Assembly (NCBI GenBank): GCA_963693365.1
Contig: CAVNZM010000010.1
Span: 3,966,159 to 4,030,158, forward strand
Source: Amoebidium appalachense
Taxonomy: Eukaryota > Protista > Ichthyosporea
Direction of reading: 5' to 3'
DNA: 64,000 nucleotides
The notes below the pieces were generated by a model. That model searched no databases. It saw nothing but the letters and a program-made list of their open reading frames with translations, and had not been told where the DNA came from. Shown piece after piece: positions 13,528 to 30,924 of this stretch. Positions within the stretch are counted from its first letter, which is position 1; every line of letters starts with the position of its first letter. The position numbers and the translations under genes were made by a program.

Positions 13528-15381
13528 TTAATTTGCGCACGTATTTTTAGCGCACCGGGCAACACCATTGTCACACGTGCACTTGACACATCCGTTCTCA
13601 ATAGTGAAGTCATCGCCGCTCTCATACACGGTGTTGGCAGCCACCCGGCACATGCCGTAGCCTGGGCCGGGCTTGGGGGCACACCCACCTGTGCACAGTG
13701 TGTTGCCGCCGGCAGCACACATGCAGCTGGTGCACTCGTTGAAGATGGCACGCTCACCGGCCTGCAGCGTCTGCCCACGAACCGAACACGTGCTAGGTGT
13801 GGGGGCGGGCGCCTGGGTGGTGGTGGTGGTGATCCCAGGGGCTTGGGTGGTAGTGGTGGTGGTGGTGGACGCAGGTGCCTGGGTGGTGGTGGGGGCGGGA
13901 GCCGGAGGGGGGCACGAGCCGGAGGGGCGGCACTTTGTAACACCGTTGAAGCACGTGCACACGCTGCAGCCGTTGTCTGTGATGACGCTCACCTGGCTGT
14001 CAATGACAATGTTCCCCTCCAACCGGCACGCACCGTTGGGCGGCAGGGGCTGGGGCACGCAGCCACCCGTGCACAAAGCGTTGCCGTTGACGCAGGCACA
14101 CGAGTAGCACTCGCTGAAAACGAGGCGCTCACCAGACACAAAGGTAATGCCCTGGGCTGAGCAGGTGCCGGGGGCAAGGGTTGTGGCCGCGGCCGTGGTG
14201 GTGGGGGCAGCCGTGGTGGTGGTGGTGGTGGTGGTGGTGGTGGCGGCGGCGGCGGCGGCGGTGGTGGTGGTGGTGGTGGTGGTGGTGGTGGTCGGAGCCG
14301 GGGCCTGAGTGGTGGTGGGGGCGGGGGCGGGAGAGGGAGAGGGAGGGGCACACGAGCCAGAGGGGCGGCACTTTGACTTGCCGTTGGTGCAGGTGCACAC
14401 ACTGCAGCCGTTGTCAACGAGGTAGGAAATGCCGTTGGTGAGAATGGTGTTGGCATCCAGCCGGCAGTCGCCGTTGGGGGGCTGGGGCTGAGGCACACAG
14501 CCACCGGTGCAGAGAGAATTGCCGTTGACGCACATGCACGAGTAGCACTCACTGAACACAAGCTTCTCTCCCGAAAGCAGGCTGACTCCGTCTACGCTGC
14601 ATGAACCGGGAGCACTGGTGGTGGGTGCCACTGTCGTTGTGGGGGAAGCTGTGGTGGTGGACACAGTTGTAGTGGTTATGGTGGTGGTGGTGGTGGGTGC
14701 CGCAGTGGTGGTGGTGGCTGTAGTGGTGAGGGCAGGGTTGTTTGTGGTGGGGGCGCAGGAGCCCGACGGGCCGCACTGAGCAACGCCGTCCTTGCACGAG
14801 CACACGCCACAGCCGTTGTCTGTGATGAGAGTAGTGCCGCTAGAAAGGACCGTGTTTGGGTTGACGCGGCAGGCCCCGTTGGGTGGCTGCGGCTGCGGCA
14901 CGCACCCACCGGTGCACAGCGCGTTGCCCTTATCGGTGCAGGCACACTCAAAGCACTCGTTGAAAACCACCTTCTTGCCGTAGGGCACACTGATGCCACG
15001 AATGAGGCATGTGCCGGGCGCGGGCGTGGGGTCAGGAACCGGCTGAGCGGTGGTGGTGGTCGCGGTGGTGGTTGTGGGTGCCGGGGCAGATGTGGTGGTG
15101 GGAGCAGGAACGACGGTGGTGGAAGGAGGCACAGGTGCATCACACCTTCTGGGGCAGACAATCTTACCACTGGTACATGTGCAGACGCAAGGACGGCCCG
15201 CAATGCGGCAGCGCTGGCCATGTGAAAGTGTTTTGCCACCAGCTAGGCGGCAAAAGGCGGGCACACAGCTTCCGTTGGACCAGGTTGTGCCGGGGGCACA
15301 CACGGTCGGGTTTTCGCTGTAGCCGACGGAGGCGCCCAGAGCACCGCTAATGAAGAGAGGAACGACCACGGCGAGCTTCAT
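13528..15381 (-). CDS. Secreted Cys-rich, Thr-rich mucin-like protein with VWC-half/pacifastin-like repeats, copy 1 (617 aa, intronless)
   Basis: Signal-like MKLAVVVPLFISGALG. Repeated C-x16/17-C-x2-C-x-C-x2/3-G-x3-C-x3/5-C modules occur in pairs separated by Thr/Pro linkers. The ATG at 15381 matches the paralogue start. Confidence 0.85.
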   Translation of the reverse strand: MKLAVVVPLFISGALGASVGYSENPTVCAPGTTWSNGSCVPAFCRLAGGKTLSHGQRCRIAGRPCVCTCTSGKIVCPRRCDAPVPPSTTVVPAPTTTSAPAPTTTTATTTTAQPVPDPTPAPGTCLIRGISVPYGKKVVFNECFECACTDKGNALCTGGCVPQPQPPNGACRVNPNTVLSSGTTLITDNGCGVCSCKDGVAQCGPSGSCAPTTNNPALTTTATTTTAAPTTTTTITTTTVSTTTASPTTTVAPTTSAPGSCSVDGVSLLSGEKLVFSECYSCMCVNGNSLCTGGCVPQPQPPNGDCRLDANTILTNGISYLVDNGCSVCTCTNGKSKCRPSGSCAPPSPSPAPAPTTTQAPAPTTTTTTTTTTTAAAAAATTTTTTTTTTAAPTTTAAATTLAPGTCSAQGITFVSGERLVFSECYSCACVNGNALCTGGCVPQPLPPNGACRLEGNIVIDSQVSVITDNGCSVCTCFNGVTKCRPSGSCPPPAPAPTTTQAPASTTTTTTTQAPGITTTTTQAPAPTPSTCSVRGQTLQAGERAIFNECTSCMCAAGGNTLCTGGCAPKPGPGYGMCRVAANTVYESGDDFTIENGCVKCTCDNGVARCAKNTCAN

Positions 15382-15530
15382 GTTTGCGGTAGTGTGCTTT
15401 GTTGAATGAGTTGTCAATTTGTGTGTGAGTGTGTGAAGGCGAATGGTGTGTGCTTGGCCCGTGTTATAACTTACTGTATGAAGGGAGCGGTGGTGGCGAC
15501 TGACTGACTGTTGGCCCCATCGGAACACAG

Positions 15531-15650
15531 TTTATATAGCCATGAAATCAACGCGCGGAAGGAAATGATTGGACGATGCTACTGGTTGGTGGCTGGAATA
15601 ATGCTTCGGGATTTTCTGATTGGCTAACTACTTCGTACCAATCAGATGCA
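15531..15650 (-). promoter_or_regulatory. TATA box and CCAAT boxes of Cys-rich gene copy 1
   Basis: GCTATATAAA on the minus strand at 15531-15540 and several ATTGG/CCAAT motifs. The arrangement is conserved upstream of copy 2 (21315-21430). Confidence 0.6.
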
Positions 15651-16167
15651 TGATTCGAATGATTTGTAGATTTTCGAACCCTGGGAGGCAGCACTGCTGG
15701 TGCACCGGTGGGAGATTCATTTCGGAATTATTCCCCCAAGAAACTTGCTGCTTTATCATGGTATCGGTCCACATAAATTTCATACACTGCATGTTTGGAA
15801 TATCTTGAGTAATTGATTTTTGATTTCTAGAGCAGTGGGCTAAAATGAGTTGATATCGATCTGACGACCGCCATGTGTGCACGCCCTTTTGAGTGCATAT
15901 GCGTGTGTGCAAGCACGTATGCGTCTTCTCATGTCTGTGCATGCTTGTGCATATGTATTTGTGCGTGTGTTTAATACAGTGTGTCTGTGTGGGTGCTTGA
16001 ATACATTAATACATCGAAAGAGACGTGTCTGTTTTATATGGCATGTACGTGTTTGTGTTTATCATTAGACTAGAGTGTGTTTGGGGACATGATCTTTTTC
16101 TTTTTGAGGAGGGAGTGGGCTGGGGAGGGGGATATTTTTGAATCTGGTATGGGGGGGGGAGGGGGGG

Positions 16168-16198
<31 letters not shown>

Positions 16199-16345
16199 AA
16201 TAAATATGGACGTCCCAGGGGGCGGTACCCCTCTTCCACCCACCGGCCTGGGCCGATGGCAGCGGGTCCTGAGCCGGTGGGGAGGAGGGTCCCCCCCCTC
16301 CCCCCCCCCCCCCCCCCCCCCCCCCCCCGCCCTCCCCCGCCCCCC

Positions 16346-16379
<34 letters not shown>

Positions 16380-17010
16380 CCCCCCGCCCCGGCCGCGTGC
16401 GTATGTTGACCAAACATCTCTTTTCCACCCGCCAAAAGCTGTATTCGATACGTTCCACTAATGAAGTATGAATCATTGCACGTGCACACGCTGCATTGTT
16501 CGTGTGCGTGTCTATCTATGACAGTATGGCGGGGATTGTACGTGGACGTGTAGTGTAGTGTGGGTGAGTTTACAGTATTTGTATGTTCATTCCAATGTGC
16601 GTATCCTTGGCTAACCTTTGTGCACATCGTGTGTGTGTGTGTGTGTGTGTGGTACGTGTGTGCAGGTATGTGTGAATTATGTAGGTGTGAAATTTATTGT
16701 GCGTGTGTGTGTGTGTGTGCCCGCGGTGGAGAGACTGGAGACGATCCACAGTCCTGCCCAGACCCGCAAAGGGAGAGAGGTAGAGACGAGAGGAGGGGCA
16801 GGGAGGGGGGGGGGGGGGGGGGGGTATGTGACTGGAGTGTATGTAAAGCCTGAGTTTCAGGTGATCAAGGAGTCCTAGTAGAAACCTTCATTGTTTACGT
16901 TTTCAGGACTTGTACGTAAATCACTGCGAAAGAAATCATAGTACTATTCTATGAGCAAGTTATCTAATCATTATATAGTCATGGCAGCGGGGGTGGGTGC
17001 CCTCCCCCCC

Positions 17011-17046
<36 letters not shown>

Positions 17047-17363
17047 TTCCCCCCGTCCCCCCGGGGATCCGGAGGGGGAGACGGGGAGGGGAGGACCCAC
17101 CTACTCAGGTGGGTGGTGCCCCCCCCTCCCCCCCCCCCCCCCCCCCGAAAAAAAACACCGCCTACACCTGCTAGCCGGACGAGTGGGTGGGGAAGGGCCT
17201 GGGACTTAAACGTCAAAAGGGGGGGGGAGAGAGGGGGGGGGGGGGGGGGAGGGGGAGGGTATCGCACCCCCCCCAAAAGCTACTAGCACCCAGGCACGCA
17301 CACACGCACACACCCTCACGAACACACACACACACACAAGCACGCCCACCCACCCACCCACCC

Positions 17364-17463
<100 letters not shown>

Positions 17464-17470
17464 ACCCACC

Positions 17471-17517
<47 letters not shown>

Positions 17518-17554
17518 GCACACCCACCCACCCACCCACACACACACACCCACG

Positions 17555-17645
<91 letters not shown>

Positions 17646-17906
17646 CACACAAACACACAGTCAGCCGCCACTTCCACACACATGCTCAAAATCATCGGTA
17701 CCCGCCTTCCTCCTCTTCCACAACTTCCCCAAATCGCACCCCGTTTAAATCCCCCTGTATCCCTGGCTCCTTTCGAGTCCGTACCTCAGCGCTCGGGCCC
17801 CAACTATCTTGATGATGGCTTCCGCAACGGTTAACCTTTCCAGTCTGTAACGTCGCACATGAAACCAACCGTGATGAATAAGCAAAACAACACACGTGTC
17901 CGTGCA

Positions 17907-17965
<59 letters not shown>

Positions 17966-18210
17966 AGGGGCAGGGTGCACGATATCTCCTCTCCTCTCTT
18001 CTCTTCTCTTATTCCAAGCTTTCGTCAGGATATAAGATGAAAATAAAAATCCTAAATCCAGAAAATGTCAAAATCGGAGTTTTAGCAGGTCATAAAGTGG
18101 AATTTATGGACTTAATAAAAATCTGAAAAGGAATTCAAATGTAATGAAGGAAAAGTACTATGGTAATAGTAATCTAAGAGTAGGAAAGAAAAATTGTAAG
18201 ATAGAAAATA

Positions 18211-18677
18211 GAGAAAGGATTTGATTTTGGTCCAGAGAAGAGGTAGTCGTCGGAATTACACATGCGAATAAAGTATCGTAAGATACTGTGAACGGGTGAG
18301 TAAGGTATAGGAATCTACCCTGTGTTACATTAATGGACACAGGATGAGCCTATATTGTATTAGCTAGTTGGTAGGGTAATGGCCTACCAAGGCAATGATG
18401 CATAGCCAGATTGGAAGATCGTTTGGCCACATGGGAACTGAGACAAGGACCCAGGTTCGTAAAGAATGCAGCAGTGAGGAATGTTGGGCAATTAGCGAGA
18501 GCTAGACCCAGTCTTGACGAGTGGAGGAAGAAGGCTATAAGTCGTAAACTCTAATAGCCTTGGTAAGAATGATACCAAGGTGGAAAAAGGCTGACAAAGA
18601 TCTGTGCCAGCAGTCGCGGGAATACAGGCAGCTTAAATCTATCTCAGTATGAATAGGCGTAAAGGATGCGTAGACGG

Positions 18678-18679
<2 letters not shown>
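18211..18679 (+). pseudogene. rns: 5' third of a mitochondrial-type SSU rRNA (NUMT); AT-rich organellar flank from about 18015
   Basis: SSU landmarks in order: gatttgattttggtccaga (27F-like), acacatgcgaa, attagctagttggtagggtaatggcctaccaaggc, actgagac, gcagcagtgaggaat, gtcgtaaactct, gtgccagcagtcgcgg (515F-like, 18604) and ggcgtaaagg. The sequence is divergent and A-rich, and ends abruptly in (GT)n. Confidence 0.88.
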
Positions 18680-18735
<56 letters not shown>

Positions 18736-18791
18736 TTTGGTGTGAGCAAGGGAGAAGGATGGGATGGAGAGGGGGGAGGGAAGGTGTTGGA

Positions 18792-18925
<134 letters not shown>

Positions 18926-18962
18926 GGAAGGGAGGGGGGAGGGAGGGAGGGGAAGGTTGGGT

Positions 18963-18999
<37 letters not shown>

Positions 19000-19285
19000 A
19001 GCAAAATGGTGGGTAGGTCTCCGGGAAACCAGACTAAGAATGAAGTGAATGTTCATTCACTGCAAAACCGGTACCGTACCGGCTTCAACGGTGTTATTTT
19101 TTGTTTTTTTTTAACGGTGTTAATTTTTGTTTTTTTTATTGTTGTGCCGCTGTCAGGCTTTTATTTTGTGGCCATACAATGGTCATATATATGTGGGCTT
19201 TACTATACACAAGTATGGCTTTACTATAAACTAAGTATGTGCATACGGGTAATTCCTACTATTTACATGAGGCCCGTGCCATCCA

Positions 19286-21163
19286 TTAGTTTGTGCACGT
19301 GTTCTTAGCGCACCGGGCCACACCGTTATCACACGTGCACTTGACGCAACCATTCTCAATGGTGAAGTCATCGCCGCTCTCATACACGGTGTTGGCAGCC
19401 ACCCGGCACATGCCATAGCCTGGGCCGGGCTTGGGGGCACACCCACCAGTGCACAGTGTGTTGCCCCCGGCAGCACACATGCAGCTGGTGCACTCGTTGA
19501 AGATGGCACGCTCACCGGCCTGCAGCGTCTGCCCACGAACCGAACACGTGCTAAATGTGGGGGCAGGGGCCTGGGTGGTGGTGGTGGCAGGGGCTTGGGT
19601 GATGGTGGTGGTGGTGGCGGGTGCGGGAGCCTGGGTGGTGGTGGTGGTGGGGGCCTGGGTGGTGGTGGTGGTGGTGGTGGTGGTGGGGGCAGGGGCCGGA
19701 GAAGGGCACGAGCCGGAGGGGCGGCACTTTGTAACGCCGTTGAAGCACGTGCACACACTGCAGCCGTTGTCTGTGATGACGCTCACCTGGCTGTCAATGA
19801 CAATGTTTCCATCCAACCGGCACGCACCGTTGGGCGGCAGGGGCTGGGGCACGCAGCCACCGGTGCACAAAGCGTTTCCGTTGACGCAGGCACATGAGTA
19901 GCACTCGCTGAACACGAGGCGCTCACCAGACACAAAGGTAATGCCCTGGGCTGAGCAGGTGCCGGGGGCAAGGGTTGTGGGTGCAGCCGTGGTGGTGGGG
20001 GCAGGGATGGTGGTGGTGGTGGTGCTGGTGGTGGTTGTGGTGGTGGTGGTGGTGGTGGGTGCGACGGTGGTGGTGGGAGCCGGGGCCTGAGTTGTAGTGG
20101 GGGCGGGGGCGGGAGAGGGAGAGGGAGGGGCACACGAGCCAGAGGGGCGGCACTTTGACTTGCCGTTGGTGCAGGTGCACACACTGCAGCCGTTGTCAAC
20201 GAGGTAGGAAATGCCGTTGGTGAGAATGGTGTTGGCATCCAGCCGGCAGTCGCCGTTGGGGGGCTGGGGCTGAGGCACACAGCCACCGGTGCAGAGAGAA
20301 TTGCCGTTGACGCACATGCACGAGTAGCACTCACTGAACACAAGCTTCTCTCCCGAAAGCAGGCTGACTCCGTCTACGCTGCATGAACCGGGAGCACTGG
20401 TGGTGGGTGCCACTGTCGTTGTGGGGGAAGCTGTGGTGGTGGACACAGTTGTAGTGGTGGTGGTGGTGGTGGTGGTGGGTGCCGCAGTGGTGGTGGTGGC
20501 TGTAGTGGTGAGGGCAGGGTTGTTTGTGGTGGGGGCGCAGGAGCCCGACGGGCCGCACTGAGCAACGCCGTCCTTGCACGAGCACACGCCACAGCCGTTG
20601 TCTGTAATGAGAGTAGTGCCGCTAGAAAGGACCGTGTTTGGGTTGACGCGGCAGGCCCCGTTGGGCGGCTGTGGCTGCGGCACGCACCCACCGGTGCACA
20701 GCGCGTTGCCGTTATCAGTGCAGGCACACTCAAAGCACTCGTTGAAAACCACCTTCTTGCCGTAGGGCACACTGATGCCGCGAATGAGGCATGTGCCGGG
20801 GGCGGGCGTGGGGTCAGGAACCGGCTGAGCGGTGGTGGTAGTCACGGTGGTGGTTAAAGGTGCGGGGGTAGGGCTGGTGGTGGGAGCAGGAATGACGGTG
20901 GTGGAAGGAGGCACGGGTGCGTCACACCTCCTGGGGCAGACAATCTTTCCACTGGTGCATGTGCAGACGCAAGGGCGGCCCGCAATGCGGCAGCGCTGGC
21001 CATGTGCAAGTGTTTTGCCACCAGCAAGGCGGCAGAAGGCGGGCACACAGCTTCCGTTGGACCAGGTCGTGCCGGGGGTACACACGGTGGGGTTTTCGCT
21101 GTAGCCGACGGAGGCGCCTAGAGCACCGCTGATGAAGAGAGGGACGACCACGGCGAGCTTCAT
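19286..21163 (-). CDS. Secreted Cys-rich, Thr-rich mucin-like protein, copy 2 (625 aa, intronless)
   Basis: Near-identical paralogue of 13528-15381. Differences are mainly in Thr-linker length and synonymous sites. Confidence 0.87.
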   Translation of the reverse strand: MKLAVVVPLFISGALGASVGYSENPTVCTPGTTWSNGSCVPAFCRLAGGKTLAHGQRCRIAGRPCVCTCTSGKIVCPRRCDAPVPPSTTVIPAPTTSPTPAPLTTTVTTTTAQPVPDPTPAPGTCLIRGISVPYGKKVVFNECFECACTDNGNALCTGGCVPQPQPPNGACRVNPNTVLSSGTTLITDNGCGVCSCKDGVAQCGPSGSCAPTTNNPALTTTATTTTAAPTTTTTTTTTTVSTTTASPTTTVAPTTSAPGSCSVDGVSLLSGEKLVFSECYSCMCVNGNSLCTGGCVPQPQPPNGDCRLDANTILTNGISYLVDNGCSVCTCTNGKSKCRPSGSCAPPSPSPAPAPTTTQAPAPTTTVAPTTTTTTTTTTSTTTTTIPAPTTTAAPTTLAPGTCSAQGITFVSGERLVFSECYSCACVNGNALCTGGCVPQPLPPNGACRLDGNIVIDSQVSVITDNGCSVCTCFNGVTKCRPSGSCPSPAPAPTTTTTTTTTQAPTTTTTQAPAPATTTTITQAPATTTTQAPAPTFSTCSVRGQTLQAGERAIFNECTSCMCAAGGNTLCTGGCAPKPGPGYGMCRVAANTVYESGDDFTIENGCVKCTCDNGVARCAKNTCTN

Positions 21164-21443
21164 GTTTTCGGTAGTGTGTTTTGTGGATTGGGTTGTTTGT
21201 TTGTGTGTATATGACTGTGTTTGTGAACGCGAATGGTGTGTTTGCTTGGTGTTTTGTGGGGAGCGGTGGTGGCTGTGACGACTGAATGACTGACCGACAG
21301 GCCGGGGGCAGCTGTTTATATACCCAAGAAATCAACCCGTCGAAGGATATGATTGGACTGCTGTATTGATTGGTGGCCGAAACAATGCGTCGGAAATGGA
21401 TGATTGGTTGAAATATGTGTACCAATCAGATTCATGATTGGAA

Positions 21444-21844
21444 GAGGGGGGGGGATTGCGAAAAAAAATCGTCGTAATTACGATTAACGAAAGATCCCGA
21501 TACGGATAAGGTTAGGGTTCCGTCGTAACAGCTTTCGTATCAGATGTATAGCATTATAAACGCTTTAAGGCCCCCTAACTGTACCTAATTTTTTCAGTAT
21601 TTCTGTTCAAGAACATATCTACAGCGCTTCTCATGAGCAATATCGAACCCCGACAAGTGTCCAGGGCTTGTAATTAGGCGATACTTAATCTGTAAAAACG
21701 CGTTTGTTGAGTTTTGTGACTGGAGGGGCGTTTTTAGGTGGGCTTGAAGATCCCCAAGAACCCCCCCGTTACGATTATGAAACTGTCCGTTACGGTTGGC
21801 CAAAGGACAATGCGGTTAAGCTGGCGAACCCCAGCCCAACCCTG
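21444..21844. mobile_element. 401-bp hAT-like non-autonomous insertion with 8-bp TSD
   Basis: Flanked by gattggaa at 21436-21443 and 21845-21852. The right end is ...ccaaccctg and the left end is a degenerate gaggg. The paralogous site upstream of copy 1 (gattcgaa, ~15652) is empty. Confidence 0.75.
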
Positions 21845-22384
21845 GATTGGAATGAATGATTTCGAATCCTGGCATAGGAACGAGAAATTCGGGGAACTTC
21901 TGGCCACAAAGTTTACTAGCTACGGCATGGTGTCGGTAAACATAAATTCAATGTACTAGATGTTTGGAATGTCTTGAGCAATCCAAGTTTCTTATCCCTC
22001 AGGGCAATGGGGTGTGGGGTATGGGCATGCTACTGTAGCGCTCTGCTCTGTATACATAGCTCTGTCATGATCGGAGCTGGAGTAGGCCAATGTTTTCAAT
22101 TCACAAGTATTTAGCCGGAGTATCTTGACATAGGTTTGGTTCGGAGGCTTTTGACGGTGTCTTGAGAGCTGCGTATTTTCAAGTTGCTGTCAGGAATATA
22201 GCGGTTATGCACAATCCGGATCGATATCTGGCCAGGCTGACTCGGCTGGGCTGGATCAGCACTGATTCAGCAACAGTGTCATATGCCGCACCCACGGCGC
22301 GCCGATGTTTCGGTGCGTGCGTGCACGTGTGTCCACGTGTACACATTGTACGGTGTGTTCACTCACTGATCTGTGTGCACGTGT

Positions 22385-22426
<42 letters not shown>

Positions 22427-22715
22427 CACTGTGTGTGTGTGTGTATCATGTGCGTGTGTGTGACAGACTGAGTGTGTGTACACGCGTACGTATCACGTGC
22501 ACGGCGTATCACGTGTACGTATACAGTGCGTGTGTGTGAGTACACGTGCACGTGTGCGCGAAAGCCTATTTAGACTAAGTGTTAGATGCATGCGCGTTGC
22601 ACGTACGTGTGTATGTGCGCGCGTGTATGCTTTTTCTGTTTGTGTGCACGTGCTTGTGCATATATACATACGTACATGCATGTGTGTGTGTGGTGTGCTT
22701 ATGAAAAGGAGGGCG

Positions 22716-22754
<39 letters not shown>

Positions 22755-22942
22755 TCCGTAGTAGTCATGACTAACATGTACATATTACTCATCTGTCTTC
22801 CGGGTCGGAGTCCAACTCACTCAAGAGTAATTCCAGTAGATAGAGTCAATATATTGATTTCTGTTTTGTAGTTGGCTGCAGGAGACCCGCTCCAAAATCC
22901 TCCTTTCCCAGAAGACATCAACTCAAACTACACATGTACAAC

Positions 22943-22974
<32 letters not shown>

Positions 22975-23662
22975 CACACACCGTGACACACACACAAACA
23001 ACATAACCACATCATAATAAAAGTATGATTTGTGTTACCGACATTTGCACTGCATCCGGCATATATAGACCTTCGTGTTGACTGTCACAACTGTTGTGCG
23101 AGATTCCAAACACCAGAACTGAAAATAATTCTATCGCGTTGACGATTTTTTTTAAGGATTACCGTGCAAAGAGAACAAACCAAATGCCTATTCTTATCCA
23201 TTCGTCATATCCTCAAACCCCCCCCCCCCCCCCCCCCCCCCCTCTTTCTGCCCGGACACACCCCAGGAGTGTGCGCATAAAGCGATCCACCCCAGGAAGA
23301 ACACCTCGAAAAAAACACTGCCACACTAAGATAAGAACGAGGGTAATATACCACGGACTTTGATCTGCGGCTCCCACAACAGTCACGTACCAACTTGTAT
23401 CCCCCTTCCCCAACCAATCCATCTCTTATCACCGTTACCTTTTCCAATTTAGACACCCACAAAAAAAAAAAAAAAAAGAAAAGAAAAAAAAAAAAGGGGG
23501 GGGGGGGGGGGGGGGGGGTGAAGGAAGAAAGGTAATTAACACGCATGGACAAACCGTCAAAACCGGGACTCACAAGGGAAGGAAACAAACAAAGGAAACA
23601 AATAGATAAACAAACAAATAAACAAATAAACAAACAATTTCGACAGACCGCCAGATGCGTAC

Positions 23663-28342
<4,680 letters not shown>

Positions 28343-29296
28343 CCTTGCTTTCAGAGAACAGAAACCCCGAAGCTAAAAACGTAAAAACACAACAGGTGAA
28401 TCAGAGAAAATTGTGATCCGCGAGGCTTGCCCTTGCTTGTTTGACCTGGCAAGCGGAAAAAATAACAAAAGCACGGTCAAGATTCCCGTCGATATGCGTA
28501 TGTGTTTTCAAACTCTAACCCAATCAAATTCTACTTTAAATTAGTCAATGATGGTCATGTTTCTATTGTAGTATAGAAGTGCTTGTGTATGTATGTACAC
28601 GTGCATCTCAGCTGAAGTACATGTCAACACCAGCCGACCAGCAATGCCAATGCACAGTTTATGAAACCCTTTGGTCTAAATATAGCGTTGAACCCTACAG
28701 AATCTGTATTTATAGTTTGAGGGCCAAGGAACGGTTAGGCGCGAATTTTCGAATTTTCCGAGTCAGCATGAGCCCAACTTCATGAGTTCCCTCCTTCCTC
28801 GAGCGGGGCCCAGCAAAAGTCTCTCGCTAATCCTTGGCAATGCATCAGTGATTCCATACTGAAGCCAAGGCTCGTTTGTCTAAGCTTAAGCGAAGTGGCA
28901 GCTGCGGAGAATGTAGGCTCAAAAGAACGAAACCTGAAAGGAAGAAAGGCTGCCAGGAATGAAAAAGTGGCAGGCAGCTAGCTACACGGACAGTCTGCGG
29001 TCTGATCTGAAGCGCGGTTCACCCAAGGGTGCTTTTTCCCCCCTTCAATAAACGTACGAAACTCCAGTGCTGTGAATGCTTATACAGTTACTGGTCTATC
29101 ACCTGTAGTATAAGCTTATTTGCGGCAAACAGCCGACACGGCACCTCATTGAGTAGCGAAAAAACGTGCAAAGCCCATCACACGAGTGATGTGTGCACAA
29201 GAAACAGCCGCTTTCATTCTACCTGAAATTCGGTAGCACTTTTTTCCCTATATTTGATTGTGATGGTAGAAAAAAGAACAAAGAGCAGCAGCAGCT

Positions 29297-30260
29297 ATGG
29301 CACAGGTTGGTGTCTCTCATCCTCTGTGGCAGTTCTTTGGTTGTGTCATTGCTTCCCCATGTGTAGCCATGCTTCCCCATATGTAGCCATGCTCTCCAGG
29401 ACTTGGATTCTGTGTTGCTCTCTACTCGTGAATCAAGCATATGTGAATCTCTCCTTCGGAGTGTGTGCGTGCATGCATTTCTCCACTTGTGCGGTTGTGT
29501 GCGGGAATCCGTAAGCACGTGTCTGTGTGTGTGTGTGTCCACACATGTGAGTGTATGAGCATGTGTGTGTGTGTCCATGCTTGTGTGTATGTGTTGCTGT
29601 TCGTGTATGTGCCCTTTTTCCTCTCCCCCCCCCCCCCCCCCCCCCCTTGTTTTATTGTTGGCCCAAGGAGGGTAGAGGAAGGGGGGGGGGGGGGGGGGGA
29701 GGGGGAGGGGGGGGCATAGAGAGATAGGGAGGGTGGGATGGAGGGGGAAAGGTAGAGTAAAGAGAGAGAGAGAGATAGACAACAACAGAGGCATGTGGGG
29801 CGGACAGAGGCCAATAAATAGACGCAGGGAAGAGAGAGGGAGGGGGGGGGGGGGGGGGAGGGGCGGGGGAGCATGGGGAGGGAAGATAGATATTTTCTTT
29901 TTAGCCTATGGCTAGGTCCACCTACCTTTAACAATACATTTTCCAAAACATGAAAATTATTATCTCACAAAACATGAAAATTATTATCTCACAACCCGTC
30001 CCAGGCACCCCCACCCAATCAGGAGAAGGAGGAAGGTGCCTCTGTGCGTATGCACGCGCCTCCCCGCCTGCGTGCACCCGACTTTGAGTTCATCGACTTC
30101 CACCAGCCGTCCAGAAATGACCTCACTGTGATGGTATACAACATACCAAGTAACATCACAAAGGATTTCATGATGGTGAGTGTTGCTAATTTCTCAATTC
30201 CTCTCCCCTCCACACCCCCTCCCCACCTTCCTCCCCTCCACACACACACACGTGCGCGTG

Positions 30261-30292
<32 letters not shown>

Positions 30293-30646
30293 GACACAAG
30301 ACACAGACACAGACACAGACACACCCTACTGTGATGGTCATCATAACAAGCAATATCACAAAGGATTTCATGATGGTGTGAATGATATCTCAAGTCTCCC
30401 CCCCCCCCCCCCCCCCACCAACCAACCAACCCAACCACCACCACCATCACACACACACGCACACACGCGCACGCACGCACACACACACACACACCCCACC
30501 CTACTGTGATGGTCTTAAACATACCAAGCAACATTACAAAAAATTCAGGATGGTATGTCCTGATTTCTCAGAGACCCCCCCCCCCCCCCCCCCCCCCCCC
30601 TCATCCCCCCCCCCCCCGTCCCCTGCCCCCCTCCACCCACACACAC

Positions 30647-30680
<34 letters not shown>

Positions 30681-30892
30681 TTGTGATGGTTTAAAACATA
30701 TCAAGCAATATCACAAAAGATATTCATGGTGGTATGTCTTGATATCTCCAAGCGCCCCCACCCCACCTTCCACTGCCCCAATCATTACGTTATCCTCTTC
30801 CTGAAAATACCTTCGTTCCAGCCGGCACTGTTCATACCGGTTTCTTTCTGGATCTTCGTTCGTAGGATTACTTTGTTTCCTGTTTCTCTCTC

Positions 30893-30924
<32 letters not shown>

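Noticed and set aside
18211-18679. Functional rRNA gene or bacterial contamination
   Set aside because: Truncated at about one third of its length, divergent at normally invariant bacterial positions, and embedded in nuclear microsatellites.
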